Below the pieces are notes generated by a model. That model saw only the letters and a program-made list of their open reading frames with translations. It searched no databases and was not told where the DNA came from. DNA of 63,909 bases, the filler included, from Conidiobolus incongruus B7586 (lineage: Eukaryota): assembly GCA_000697335.1 (NCBI GenBank). It is 8 parts of 8 records of this genome, joined end to end, with 100 filler letters (N's around TTAATTAATTAA, not from the genome) between each part and the next. Parts side by side here need not be neighbours in the genome. Positions count along the whole stretch, not along the records: positions 10,018 to 24,548 come from JNEM01006315.1; positions 24,649 to 27,070 come from JNEM01006317.1; 6 more parts are not named here. One strand, 5' to 3'. The stretch's first letter is position 1; the number at the start of each line of letters is the position of its first letter. This document shows positions 12,509 to 24,748 of this stretch, piece after piece. Position numbers and translations under genes: made by a program.

Positions 12509-13531
12509 TTAACAAATGAAATTTACAATATTACCAAAACCGAAAGCATGATCTGGTAACCATATATTCTTCAATTCTTTCCAACCACACTCAGGATCTT
12601 CATCATAATCTTGACTACATTCACGGAAGTTCTTACCAATTAAATCAGATGAATCTGTATGAAATTCTCCAGGAATGTGCACGTAGTCATATTGGCGAGG
12701 GAATGCATGGCTGACAAAATCGCCCTTATTGGTGTATCTAGCAATGGGGAAATCTAAACTGACAACATGGTTGACAAAGGCCATGTTGCCTACGCGAGGA
12801 GAGTGGTATGAGTACAACTCAACTACGAAGCCTTTTTCTTTAATTTTAGCAGCCATATCAACTGCATGGATCGTAGCAACAGCTGCACCCAAACTTTGAC
12901 CAGTGAAAACGACTTTGTATCCTGTGAATTTGGGATCATTGAGCATGGTCATGATATATTCGTTAATCTTGGCTGCATTGGACTGGTAGACACCCAGGAA
13001 CCCTTCATGAACCATTACACCCTCAGGAGTGTTTGGCATTCTTACTTTACCATAACTCAAATTTCTCAACCAATTCTGAATATTAGTACTGCCTCTGTGT
13101 GAAATTATAATTTCTTTTGTTGTGGGTTCAAATCCAACAATGGCAAATGTACCATATCTTGCATGGTTGAAAGTTTTTGTTACTTGGTAATCAGGACATC
13201 CAATAACACATTTAAAGTCGATGATCTTGGAAAAGATACAGTACGAGTAGATAGCATGGCTCCAATGTCTAGCAACTTCTGAGTGAGGAGGAGTACGAAC
13301 TTTGGTAGAAGTTTCTAACTTTACAGGAGGCTTTAATTTACAGATTTTGAGTAAATCTTGGAAAAAGGTTTCCGGGATATTGAGAAGATCGTCAAAGAAT
13401 TTTTTGGAATCCAATTCTAACAGCTCATTACTTGGACCATATTGATCCACTATTTGATCAATCGTCATATTGTTATAAGAAAATGTGGACAAGATGCCCA
13501 TTGACAAAATTAAAGATTTAATCAATTTCAT
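12509..13531 (-). CDS. Secreted class 3 lipase, 340 aa
   Basis: Signal-peptide-like N-terminus, HRGS, VHEGF, nucleophile elbow GQSLG, PRVGN, GDFVSH, PDH. Confidence 0.93.
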   Translation of the reverse strand: MKLIKSLILSMGILSTFSYNNMTIDQIVDQYGPSNELLELDSKKFFDDLLNIPETFFQDLLKICKLKPPVKLETSTKVRTPPHSEVARHWSHAIYSYCIFSKIIDFKCVIGCPDYQVTKTFNHARYGTFAIVGFEPTTKEIIISHRGSTNIQNWLRNLSYGKVRMPNTPEGVMVHEGFLGVYQSNAAKINEYIMTMLNDPKFTGYKVVFTGQSLGAAVATIHAVDMAAKIKEKGFVVELYSYHSPRVGNMAFVNHVVSLDFPIARYTNKGDFVSHAFPRQYDYVHIPGEFHTDSSDLIGKNFRECSQDYDEDPECGWKELKNIWLPDHAFGFGNIVNFIC

Positions 13532-14164
13532 ACTTTAATATGATTAATACAAAAGGTGATACTCATTGTTCGAGCTTATTTATCTTTATATATAGAGGAA
13601 AAGGGACATAAACTGACACTCAATCCATGAATAGATTCTTTTTATTAATGAGAACTTGGAAATGGATTTAAAAAGTACAGTGACTAGTCACACTTTAGAC
13701 TCAGTTAAATTTTATCAATCTTTAACAATAAATTATCCAATCACTATTATTAAAATAAAAAATTATTTGAAATATTTTTCTATTAATTATATGTGTGAAA
13801 AATTTCCATATTTTATTCTCAAATAATATAGTACTTGAATAATTTATTCAATAATTCTGTCTAATCTCCTATTTTAAAAATTACTCTAACCAGTTCAAGT
13901 CATATCAATATGCATAATATATTAATTTTATTAAATTGTTATATTTATTCATATATTACTATGACTATTAGTATAAGACCTCAATTTTCTACAAATCAAT
14001 AATATATGATAGTTATTATTAGTGATATAAAGGAAGAGTCTAATTATTAGAATTAATTAAATTTAAAAAAAATAAGAACTTGATAATTAAAATTATTATA
14101 TATAATAATTGAATTATATTTTTAATATTACTCTATAAAATTCAAAATCAATTATCAATGCTAG

Positions 14165-14524
14165 TGTTGTATTTTAAATTTAATCATTTATTTTATATTG
14201 ATAGTTAAACCAATATTATTTCTATTTTAAGCTGGCTTTGTCAGTTTATAATTGAAGGATACTCTTTGTTCTCTTTGTTTTCTTTATTAGATTATATCCA
14301 AATCCCATATCATTTATTTAAGCAATTATTTAAACCCAAAACTGATAAAGATAGAAGAATTTTTTTTCTTTTGGATATTCTGCTACAAAGCCTCAATAGT
14401 AGGTTTCAAACCTATAGTCCCAATATATTAAAGAGCAGGATTAATAAATAATTTACTAAATCATATTTTAAGTACTATTTTAACTATGACCTATATTTAT
14501 AAAACTTAATATAAAAACACAACA
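14165..14524 (+). mobile_element. Solo LTR, family B (360 bp)
   Basis: TGTTG...CAACA termini; flanks CTAG / CAAG (4-bp TSD, one mismatch); homologous to 27171-27470 and 38249-38601. Confidence 0.8.
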
Positions 14525-16367
14525 CAAGTACAATTTATTATTTCAAATTAAGTTTTACATAATAGATAGACTTGTTTCTTGATATTAAATTTGTAATAAC
14601 ATAAAATTAAGAATATACCAAATGAATTCTAATTTGGAGAAAGACATTATATGTAATTGAAATTATATATTAAAATTTTGAATATGGTATTCTATTATAT
14701 ACAGTAATCTATTAAATATCAATTATATTGAATATCAAAATTTTAAAACTATAATTTTAATATAATTAATCTTATAAATCTTTTATTCTGATATTGATAA
14801 TTTAAATTTCAATTAAATATTATAAATTTATCTATTATTTAATTTATTTGATTGAACTTGGATCAAATGTTAATACATACATTATAGAGTAAAATGTTAA
14901 GTGTATAAATTGTATTATTAAGAAATGATAAAATAATTATAATATATTTTACAAAGTTATATGTAAATAAACTATAGTTAACATTTATTCGGTTTATAAA
15001 TATATCTTTGACTGTTGGGCGATAAGGTACTAATTTGATAAAATATTGTTAATGAAAAAAAATTTAAAAATACAATAGATAATATGACAAATAAATATAA
15101 TTCTTATAATAACAGATTAAGTATTATTACAAAATGTATTCATGTTTATTTCAAACAGTAGTATAGAGAATATTATGTAATAATAATAAACAAAATTAAT
15201 AATTTAAATCTAACTTTAAAATCTTTTTGAAAAAGTGGTAATAATAGTATTAATAAATGGATTGACATATAGTTCAAGATATATTTTAAAATGATTTTGC
15301 TTATGGATATAATGAGATAATTAATCAAATAATTTTATAAGTAAAATCAAGTTATTTCAAAATTTTTCAATCAAATTGATATTGTCATTCTCATTCTTAG
15401 TGTATGAGTAAAAATTCTAAAAATTCAAAATTTTTTAATTTGAATATTCTAACTATTAAAATAAACATTAGTTAATCATTTTGATTTAATTTATAGATTA
15501 TTAAAAATTATACATATAATAATATTTTTAATAAAAGATTTGAATATTCGTTAGTTACAATCGATTAAGTTTGGTTAATCAGATTAATATACTGTTAATT
15601 ATTTAATCACTCACAATATTAATTTCAATATAGCTATAAAACTAATACCTTTATTTATAAAAAATGAATTTTAATTAAACTAATTCAATTTATAAACAGG
15701 TTTATATAATTGAGAATACTTTAATTTAAATAAATTATATTAGGATATTAGTGAAAATTTTGAACTATAATTTTTCAAATTTAATGAAATTTTATATTTT
15801 ATAGTTATTTGGTTTATTGAAATTTAAAGCTATAGCTATTCATAATATATAAAAACATATAAATAACAATATTATAATGAAATATAATAAAAAGGAAATT
15901 GATGATAAGAGGTAATAGAAGATATAACAAAAAAGTTAGCATAATTAAATGACAAAATATAAACTATATTTCATTGTTATGTTTTGATAATGTATATAAT
16001 ATAAACTAATTAAGTTCATATTAAAAGCTAAATTATTTATTTTTTAAATAATTTATTTGATTAAATTTACTTAAGGTATTTCATTAATAGATACAGAATA
16101 AGTTATATTTAAATATTATAATGTATATATTAAAAAAATTAACCAATATTTATAATATAAACTTATTATGAATATGAATAAAAAAGTTTTATTATCAAGG
16201 AGTTAACTAAATATAATTTAGCTTTAAGAAATATTCATTGACGATTGATATATAATATCGAGATCCAATGTTATTAATTAAGATATATGTTAATAAAATA
16301 CAAACAAAACATTAATAATTATATTAATATGACCAAAAAATATATTTGAACAATTTTATAATCTATA

Positions 16368-16862
16368 TGTCACGACCCATCGTGACATTATCCAAAACAA
16401 GGTCATATTAAGAACAAAACGAAAGTCCCCGAAGCAAGCCAAAATAAGTAAAACAATTAGTATAGAATAAGGAAACATAAAAGAAAACACCAGAATAGTT
16501 CACTCAAGTATTCTGGTCATTCCTTGAAAGATCCAAAGAACTAATAAACTCTCTCTCTCTCTCTAAATCAGAGCACCCTATAATAAGAACATACATTATG
16601 GTAATGCTTCGTTATATTTTCTCCCCTATAGTCCTAAAAGAGAACCCCCTTGCGGAACCTACGCAGGTATCCTCAATTGTATTCGTCGTCGCCGTTCTAT
16701 GTATATTGATTAGCTGGGGAGGAATTTGGGTGACTACTGGGATTAATCGTTGGATCATGCGCTTATGTTTATTAATGAGTTGGGGAATCCTTATACATCG
16801 ATGTGATGATCTCGTGACGAATTCCTCGGCCCCTCATTGGCGGATCTTAGAGGCCATTGACA
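16368..16862 (+). mobile_element. Solo LTR, family C (495 bp)
   Basis: TGTCA...TGACA termini, perfect 5-bp TSD CTATA, GC-elevated, internal AATAAA and (CT)n. Strand tentative. Confidence 0.88.
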
Positions 16863-18296
16863 CTATATTAATTAATATTTAAAATTCATAAACCTAGTTT
16901 GGTTATTTCTAAATTGAGCAAAAATAATTTTAACTTGAAAACAATTTTTAATTTAAATAAATTGAAGAGAGTAAAATTATTAAATATTATTGGTTAAAAA
17001 TTCTTTATTTTGTTAAAATTATTTCGGTTAAATTAAAATAAAATAATAATTTTATCATTAATTGTGATTATCATCCAAGATTAAAGGTTAAATTATGAAA
17101 GATATTATTATCTAATTTAAATTATGATGTTTTAAATTTATGGCTTATATTTAAAATATTTGATAATCTGATTATATTGGATCAAGCAATACAATTTGGA
17201 TAAATATGTGTGGCAGCCATATTTACAATAATAATAATATTATTATTATTACTTTTGAATAACTCAAATTATATTTTTTTTTCACATTAAAATGAATATC
17301 AATTTTCTCATAATTTCAATTAAAATTTCAATAAAATTTTAAAAATTTTCAAATAAATTTTATTCAGTTATTTAAAGTTATTAATAAAATGAAAAATATT
17401 AAATTTTAGATTATTAATAAATAGTTTAAAAATGAATTGAATAAGGTTAAAATACACTTTAAATAATAGATACTTGATTTATATTACAAATTTTCAAATT
17501 TATTAGAAATAATCATACAATCAAAAAACCAAAAATGAACTAATTCGAAGATAAACGAATAAAAAAATAATTAAAAATTGAATTTCTTTCACAAATGGTG
17601 TTAATTAATCAAGTCACTTATTATCCACCAACTGTTTTATTTTGTCATTTGAAATTTAAACGAAAAACTATTCAAAATAAAGTTTATATTTTTAATAGAA
17701 GTATATTTAACTTTAAAATAATATCTGTTATCTTTGTTCAATATTTAACATCGAAAATTATTCTATAGTTTAATTTTATTTCTAATAGTTTTTTAAAGTA
17801 TAATTCAGAATATTGATATTTTTTTATTCATCCAATATAATAAAAAAGAGTTAAAACCTTGTAGTTGTACTTTTTTAAGTGAACCTTATAAGATCATTTC
17901 AAGTTCTTATTAATTTAATATTATTACTTAATATCATGTGATTAAATTCAAATTACTTAAATTGTTGAAAATCAATTTTATTTTAATTTATTAGAATAAT
18001 ATAAGATTTTAGTAAAATCAAAATCTAAAATTTATTTTAGTGATTAAAATCATACCTCTGAATTATATTGATTAATAAATTTCAAGCTCAGCAATAAAAT
18101 TATTTGTTATAATTTTAATTGAAAATGAGCTTAATATATTCGATGTTTATCATGATTATCTATTTTTGTAAGTGTTTCTGAGTTTAAACCGTAGATTAGC
18201 TTGACAATTATTTGGAATTGTTAGATAGAAGAATATATATATTCGAAGAAATTCCATATCAGCAACTCATATTATACAATTAATAATAATTCAAGC

Positions 18297-19319
18297 ATGA
18301 GGTTAATTAAGTCTTTACTTTTCGCTTTGGGCTTGTCGACTACCTTTGCTTACAACAATAAGACTATTGACCAAATCGTCGGTGAATATGGTACTACACG
18401 CTCATTGGTCGAATTGGATTCTAAAAAATTCTTTGATAATCTTCTCAACCTTCCTCCAAGCTTTTTCCAAGATTTAATAACTATTGCTAAATTAAAGCCT
18501 CCTATCAAGTTGCAGGTTGCCACCAAAGTTCGCACACCACCTTTGGCTGAGGTTGCTAGACATTGGAGCCATGCTACCTTCTCTTATTGTCTCTTCTCCA
18601 AGATGCTTAATTTTAAGTGTGTTATTGGATGTCCTGACTACAAAGTTACTAAAACATTCAACGATTGGAGATATGGTACATTTGCAATTGTTGGATATGA
18701 ACCCACCACCAAAGAAATTATTATTTCTCACAGAGGCAGTTCTAACATTCAGAATTGGTTGAGAAACTTGAGCTATGGAAAGGTAAGAATGCCGAACACT
18801 CCTGACGATGTAATGGTTCATGAAGGGTTCCTAGGTGTCTACCAGTCAAATGCACCCAAGATTAACGAATATCTGATGACCATGCTTAACGATCCTAAAT
18901 TCAAAGGATACAAAGTGGTTTTCACTGGCCACAGTTTAGGAGGAGCCGTTGCAACTCTTCACGCAGTTGATATGGCTCCTAAGATCAAAGCAAAGGGCTT
19001 CGATGTTGAATTGTACGCCTACCATTCTCCTCGCGTCGGCAACATGGCTTTTGTCAACCATGCTGTTAGTTTAGATTTCCCCATCGCCAGATATACAAAC
19101 AAGGGCGACTTAGTCAGTCATGTTGGCCCTCGCCAATGGGGTTTTGTGCACCTTCCAGGTGAATTCCACACAGATTCTACTGACTTACTAGGTAGGAACT
19201 TCCGCCAATGCAGACAAGACTATGACGAAGATCCCAATTGCGGCTGGAAAGAAATCAATAGGATTAGGTTGTTGCACCACCTTATTGGCTTTGGAAAGCT
19301 TGTTAATTTCTTTTGTTAA
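18297..19319 (+). CDS. Secreted class 3 lipase, 340 aa
   Basis: Signal peptide, GHSLGG, PRVGN, GDLVSH, LHH. Confidence 0.93.
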   Translation: MRLIKSLLFALGLSTTFAYNNKTIDQIVGEYGTTRSLVELDSKKFFDNLLNLPPSFFQDLITIAKLKPPIKLQVATKVRTPPLAEVARHWSHATFSYCLFSKMLNFKCVIGCPDYKVTKTFNDWRYGTFAIVGYEPTTKEIIISHRGSSNIQNWLRNLSYGKVRMPNTPDDVMVHEGFLGVYQSNAPKINEYLMTMLNDPKFKGYKVVFTGHSLGGAVATLHAVDMAPKIKAKGFDVELYAYHSPRVGNMAFVNHAVSLDFPIARYTNKGDLVSHVGPRQWGFVHLPGEFHTDSTDLLGRNFRQCRQDYDEDPNCGWKEINRIRLLHHLIGFGKLVNFFC

Positions 19320-19446
19320 TTTTTTGGATAGTATATATATTATTATTTGATAAAGTTTACATCAAATAAGATATATAATTCAAACAAATTTTTGGAATAT
19401 TATTTCATCATTACTCACTTAATAATAAGTAATAAAAATGAAATAA

Positions 19447-19452
<6 letters not shown>

Positions 19453-19480
<28 letters not shown>
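19453..19480. repeat. (TA)14 microsatellite
   Basis: Read directly from the sequence. Confidence 0.9.
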
Positions 19481-19485
<5 letters not shown>

Positions 19486-21703
19486 TTTATAAACCTATTG
19501 AATTTAAATTCGCAATAAAATCTAAATATATATGATTTTTTAGATTTATACTATATTCTAAATTATTATAACTTGAATTCAATAAGTTAAATTGAATAAT
19601 TGGAATAACTATTGATATTAAACATTGATACTATATTACATATTAAAATTACAATAATATAAATCATTAAACATATAGATCTATCGCAATATATCCTTGA
19701 TATGATTTTCAAAATATAAAATCTATTTGAAAATGATCATGAGGATTTGAACAAACTGTTCATAATTGATAATGAAAAATGAACAGTGAGAAATTTAAGT
19801 TTAAATTCTATTAAAATATTTAAAAAAGATGATTTCAACTTATGTTAATATTTTAATAATAATGATAATAAATTTTTAAATTATATTTATAAGTTTTTAT
19901 TTATGTTATTTTAATTGGATATAATTATTATAACCCAATCATTCTTTATGTTTTTTATATTATTAAATTATAAAAATTACATTAAACAAACTAATATTTG
20001 TACATTTGAATGTATGTAATTGAGATATTATTAAATATTAAACTGTTTAATATAGATGTACTATTAAAAACTCTACTAAGTATCAAAAAAGTTGATATTT
20101 GAGTAAATTAAGCAAAAATAATTATATTAAATTTTTGTTTTTTACCATAAATCTTGTTCATTAATGCATTTTCATCCATACTATCTGGTTAAATTAGAAT
20201 TTGAAATCGTTCCAACTATAAAATCTCTTATTTTAAGAGTGTTTCAAAAGATATATATAAAGTTGCATTATGAGTGATTATTATATTAAAATTAAAATAT
20301 ATCTGATTATAATTCCATATTTAGATTCTTTATATTATTAATAATATTAATATTTTAAAGTTTTTTAATAATAATAATTATTATAAGCAAAAATTTAAAT
20401 AATTAAATTATCGGACCATATAAAATAAATATATTATATGTATTATTTAATAATATTTGATCAAAAAGATGTTAATTCAACAAAAATATTAATTAAATTC
20501 TAGTTAAATTACTTTAAATTATAAATAATTAACCTATATTAGACATTACCTTTATTACACTTGATGATTAAGTTCAATGCTTGGTTAAAATTGATCTAAA
20601 ATGTATTTTACTAATAATTATCGGTAAAAAATTATTAATTTTTTGACGAATTAAGAATTAATATAATCATTCAGATAATATATTACAATTAACTTAAAGC
20701 TAGCTGATCCTTCATTGTTTATTTACTTTTGATATACTTGAATTAGTTCTTTTATGCAATATTGATCGTTTAACATATAAGATATATTTTAGGGAGAAGG
20801 TTTCAGGACATAATAATATATTTAGTAATGAGGATTAGCTATTAATTTATATGATTGTTATAAATATATAAAATAGTTTGATCAGCTGCATTTTTGATTA
20901 TTATTATTATTATTATTTTGAAACATATATAAATTCATAATTTATTAATTAAATTGGTTTATTTCGATTAATTATGAACATGATATATATAAAAAACTTG
21001 CTGGACAATCTAAAACCTCAATCCAGTAAAAATTTATTTGATATAAACTTAAACAAAAAGCATCATTAACTATTCCTAACCACTTTTAATTAATAAAATA
21101 TGATTAACCAACCATTATCATCATAATTCAATTTACCTCCAATAAACCAAAGATTATTCTAGTCAGATGACTTTCACTAACAGCATTGAACAATTTCACT
21201 TGAATTTTAAACGGATAGTTTATAATTGATCAATTAAAAAAATTTTTTATTTCTAAAAATGATTTAATTTATAATTTATAATAAAAAATATTTTTAAATT
21301 ATTAATTCAATAAGAAATTTGTTCTCAATATAAATTTTAAATCTAATATTAATTAAATTTTTTAATAATAGTAGTAATTATTATATTAATATAATAATAT
21401 AATATTATAATTAATTTTATTATCATAATTATTTAAAATAATTTTCAATATAATAATTATCTTTAGCTCGATGTAATTATAATACAAATATTATCTTATA
21501 AACAATTAGCAATGTGATTGCTTTTTGATGTTGATTCTATAATTGGATTTAATTGCTGAAAAGTGGTTAAATTAATTTGGGCATGCTTTTTCTCAAAGTT
21601 TACTTTATTCAATCCATTTAAGTGTTCTTATGGATTGTCAATGAATTCAATATATCAATCAATTTTTATTTTAATAATCATTTTTATATCTATTTAGATT
21701 TCA

Positions 21704-21711
21704 TATATAAA
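21704..21711 (+). promoter_or_regulatory. Candidate TATA box of lipase 21772
   Basis: TATATAAA ~60 bp before the ATG; the paralog at 13531 has the same motif at 13585-13592 (minus). The AT-rich background weakens this. Confidence 0.45.
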
Positions 21712-21771
21712 GATCAATACAATCATTGTTTATAATTAGAACATATTTTTATTAAATATATAATATCTATT

Positions 21772-22794
21772 ATGAAATTCTTTAAAAATTTACTTCTGTC
21801 AATGGGCATTATGACTACTTTTGCCTACAACAATATGACCATTGACCAAATCGTAGATGAATACGGTGCTGATAGCCAATTACTCGGATTGGATTCCAAA
21901 GCATTCTTCGATGGACTTCTCAATCTTCCCGAGACATTTTTGAAAGATATCCTAAATATTGCTAAATTGAAACCCCCTGTCAGGTTGAAGGTTGCCACCA
22001 AGGTTCGCACACCACCTTTGGCTGAGGTTGCTAGACATTGGAGCCATGCTACCTTCTCTTATTGTCTCTTCTCCAAGATGGTTGATTTCAAGTGCCTTAT
22101 CGGATGTCCTGACTACAAAGTTACTAAAACATTCAACGATTGGAGATATGGTACATTTGCAATTGTTGGATATGAACCCACCACCAAAGAAATTATTATT
22201 TCTCACAGAGGCAGTTCTAACATTCAGAATTGGTTGAGAAACTTGAGCTATGGAAAAGTAAGAATGCCAAACACTCCTGAGGGTGTAATGGTTCATGAGG
22301 GGTTCCTGGGTGTCTACCAGTCTAATGCACCCAAGATTAACGAATATCTGATGGCTATGCTCAATGATCCTAAATTCAAAGGATACAAAGTGGTTTTCAC
22401 TGGCCACAGTTTAGGAGGAGCTGTTGCTACGATCCATGCAGTTGATATGACAGCAAAAATCAAAGAAAAGGGTTTTGATGTCGAGTTATACACTTACCAC
22501 TCACCCCGCACCGGTAACTTAGCTTTCGTGAACCATGCTATCAGTCTCGATTTCCCAGTTGCCAGATACACCAACCGAGGAGATTTGGTAAGCCATGTAG
22601 CGCCACGCCAATTCGATTATGTTCACATTCCAGGGGAATTTCACACAGATTTCAGTGATTTGAAGGGCAAGAGTTTCCGTCAGTGCAGCCAAGATTACGA
22701 TGAGGATCCAGACTGTGGCTGGAAAGAAATCAAGAATATATGGTTGTTGGACCACGCTGTCGGATTTGGAAAACTTATTAACTTTATTTGTTAA
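21772..22794 (+). CDS. Secreted class 3 lipase, 340 aa
   Basis: Signal peptide, GHSLGG, PRTGN, GDLVSH, LDH. Confidence 0.93.
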   Translation: MKFFKNLLLSMGIMTTFAYNNMTIDQIVDEYGADSQLLGLDSKAFFDGLLNLPETFLKDILNIAKLKPPVRLKVATKVRTPPLAEVARHWSHATFSYCLFSKMVDFKCLIGCPDYKVTKTFNDWRYGTFAIVGYEPTTKEIIISHRGSSNIQNWLRNLSYGKVRMPNTPEGVMVHEGFLGVYQSNAPKINEYLMAMLNDPKFKGYKVVFTGHSLGGAVATIHAVDMTAKIKEKGFDVELYTYHSPRTGNLAFVNHAISLDFPVARYTNRGDLVSHVAPRQFDYVHIPGEFHTDFSDLKGKSFRQCSQDYDEDPDCGWKEIKNIWLLDHAVGFGKLINFIC

Positions 22795-24548
22795 TTTTTT
22801 TTTATTTTATCAATTTGTTAATATTTTATTTAAAATTAAAATCTTATAAATTATATTTAATAATTGATAAATTTTATGTCATAATAATATATAAGTTATT
22901 GTTTTTATTATTAAGATCTTATAGTTAATGGAATATAATATATTCTAATATTTAATACTTGTTCTATTAAATTATAGATCTTAATAATATAAATATTTGA
23001 ATGTAATATAAAATTTATTTAATAATTTAATTGATTAATTATTGTTATATTTAATGATCAAAATAATATTAGTTTTGAAAATTTCTAATTTAATATTCAT
23101 TATTGAAGTATAGTTTTTGAATCTTAACCTATTTATTGTAAATTTTAAATAACCTTATTTTTGAAATATTATTTAAACCATTTTAAACTATTATTATAAA
23201 TATTAATATAATTCTTGTATACTTATTTAATAATACACAACTTTCAATTGAAACTATATATTTGCCAACTATATATTAGACGAATTATATTATAATAAAT
23301 TATGGATCTATAACAAATTGAATATTTAAAAATTATCTAAATTTATATTTTTTAATAAAATTATTAAGTAGTTTTTTAATATTATAAATTTAATTTTATG
23401 TTTTTTCATAATGTTGAGTTTTTCTAAATTTTGGCAAAGAAAGATTGTGGTTAGAAAAGTACTCATAATATAATTTAGTCAATTATTTATTAATCCTGAT
23501 TTTTAATATATCAGGACTATATGTCTTAAAGATTACTATTAAGATGTTATAACAGAATATTCAGAAAAAAACCTTTTTTGTTATTCTTGACATTTTGGGG
23601 TTTAAATAGTTTATTCAATAAATAATATAAGTTTTGAATAGATTCTAATAAAGGAGCTAAAGAATATCAATTAATTATAGACTAATAATTACACCATAAG
23701 CAAGGGGTAATATGATCCTAACTATCAAATCTAGATAAACATATATTTTTGAAATATGAAAATAAATTTTTTAAATATAAAATAAAATAATATAATAAAA
23801 AAATAAATATATAATCAATTTTTGAATAAAATAAATAATAAAAAACTAGATAATAAGGAATTAAATTAATATTTTTATAAAAGAACATAATTTTGAAAAA
23901 TAATTATCTTAAATAAAATTAACTTTGATTTATAAAAATTACTTGTTTAAAATTACTTATAAGTTATATTATCTTAATATTGAAAATTAGGATAATTATA
24001 TTGAATTAAATTGGAGTGTTAAGAAGTTAAAAAATTATGATATAGTTATATATAGTTCTATTGAAATTTCTTGATAAAAATTAAGAATTAATTTCCTTCA
24101 AATAAATATATAGATAATTGGATAAATAGATAGATAAATAAATCCCTTTTTTCTTTATATTGAAGAAAAGGATCAATTTAAGGGAAAATAGGATAAAAGA
24201 TAAATTATGGGTAAACTGATATAAAAGGTAAATATATATGGACTAATTGGAAAGAGATATTATATGTTTATTTAAAAAATCTGTTTAATATTAATATAAT
24301 TATTAATATAAATATTATTTGAAATATATAAAATATCTTTATAAATCAAAAAATATATAAAATATCATATAAAGCAAGTATTAATTTTTTTTAAATAAAG
24401 ATTATGCTAATTTAATAAATTTTTTTAAATTTTTAAAATTTATATAATTTAATTTCTATTGAAATTAAAAAATATTTTAAAATTCAAATTTTATTACCCA
24501 ATATTAAAATAGAAAAATCTATATATAAAATTTATAAATCAAATTAAT

Positions 24549-24648
24549 NNNNNNNNNNNNNNNNNNNNNNNNNNNNNNNNNNNNNNNNNNNNTTAATTAA
24601 TTAANNNNNNNNNNNNNNNNNNNNNNNNNNNNNNNNNNNNNNNNNNNN
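24549..24648. other. Assembly gap with six-frame stop linker
   Basis: 44 N + TTAATTAATTAA + 44 N. Confidence 0.98.
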
Positions 24649-24748
24649 CTTAAGAAAATAAAAAAATAAATATATTAAATTTTAATTTTTTTATTATAAT
24701 TAAAACTTTTATTTTTATAACTTGACTAAGTTAAATATTAATTATATA

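Noticed and set aside
136..16882. ORFs 136-342, 14266-14451 and 16598-16882 as host genes
   Set aside because: They lie within LTR or LTR-like sequence and show no protein motifs.
12866..22755. Short ORFs overlapping the lipases (12866, 18350, 18492, 18517, 21825, 21952, 21992, 22519)
   Set aside because: Antisense or off-frame shadows; they recur only because the lipase DNA is duplicated.
23400..24320. Slightly purine- and G-richer stretch resembling a decayed gene
   Set aside because: No sustained frame, motif or second copy could be found by eye; left uncalled.
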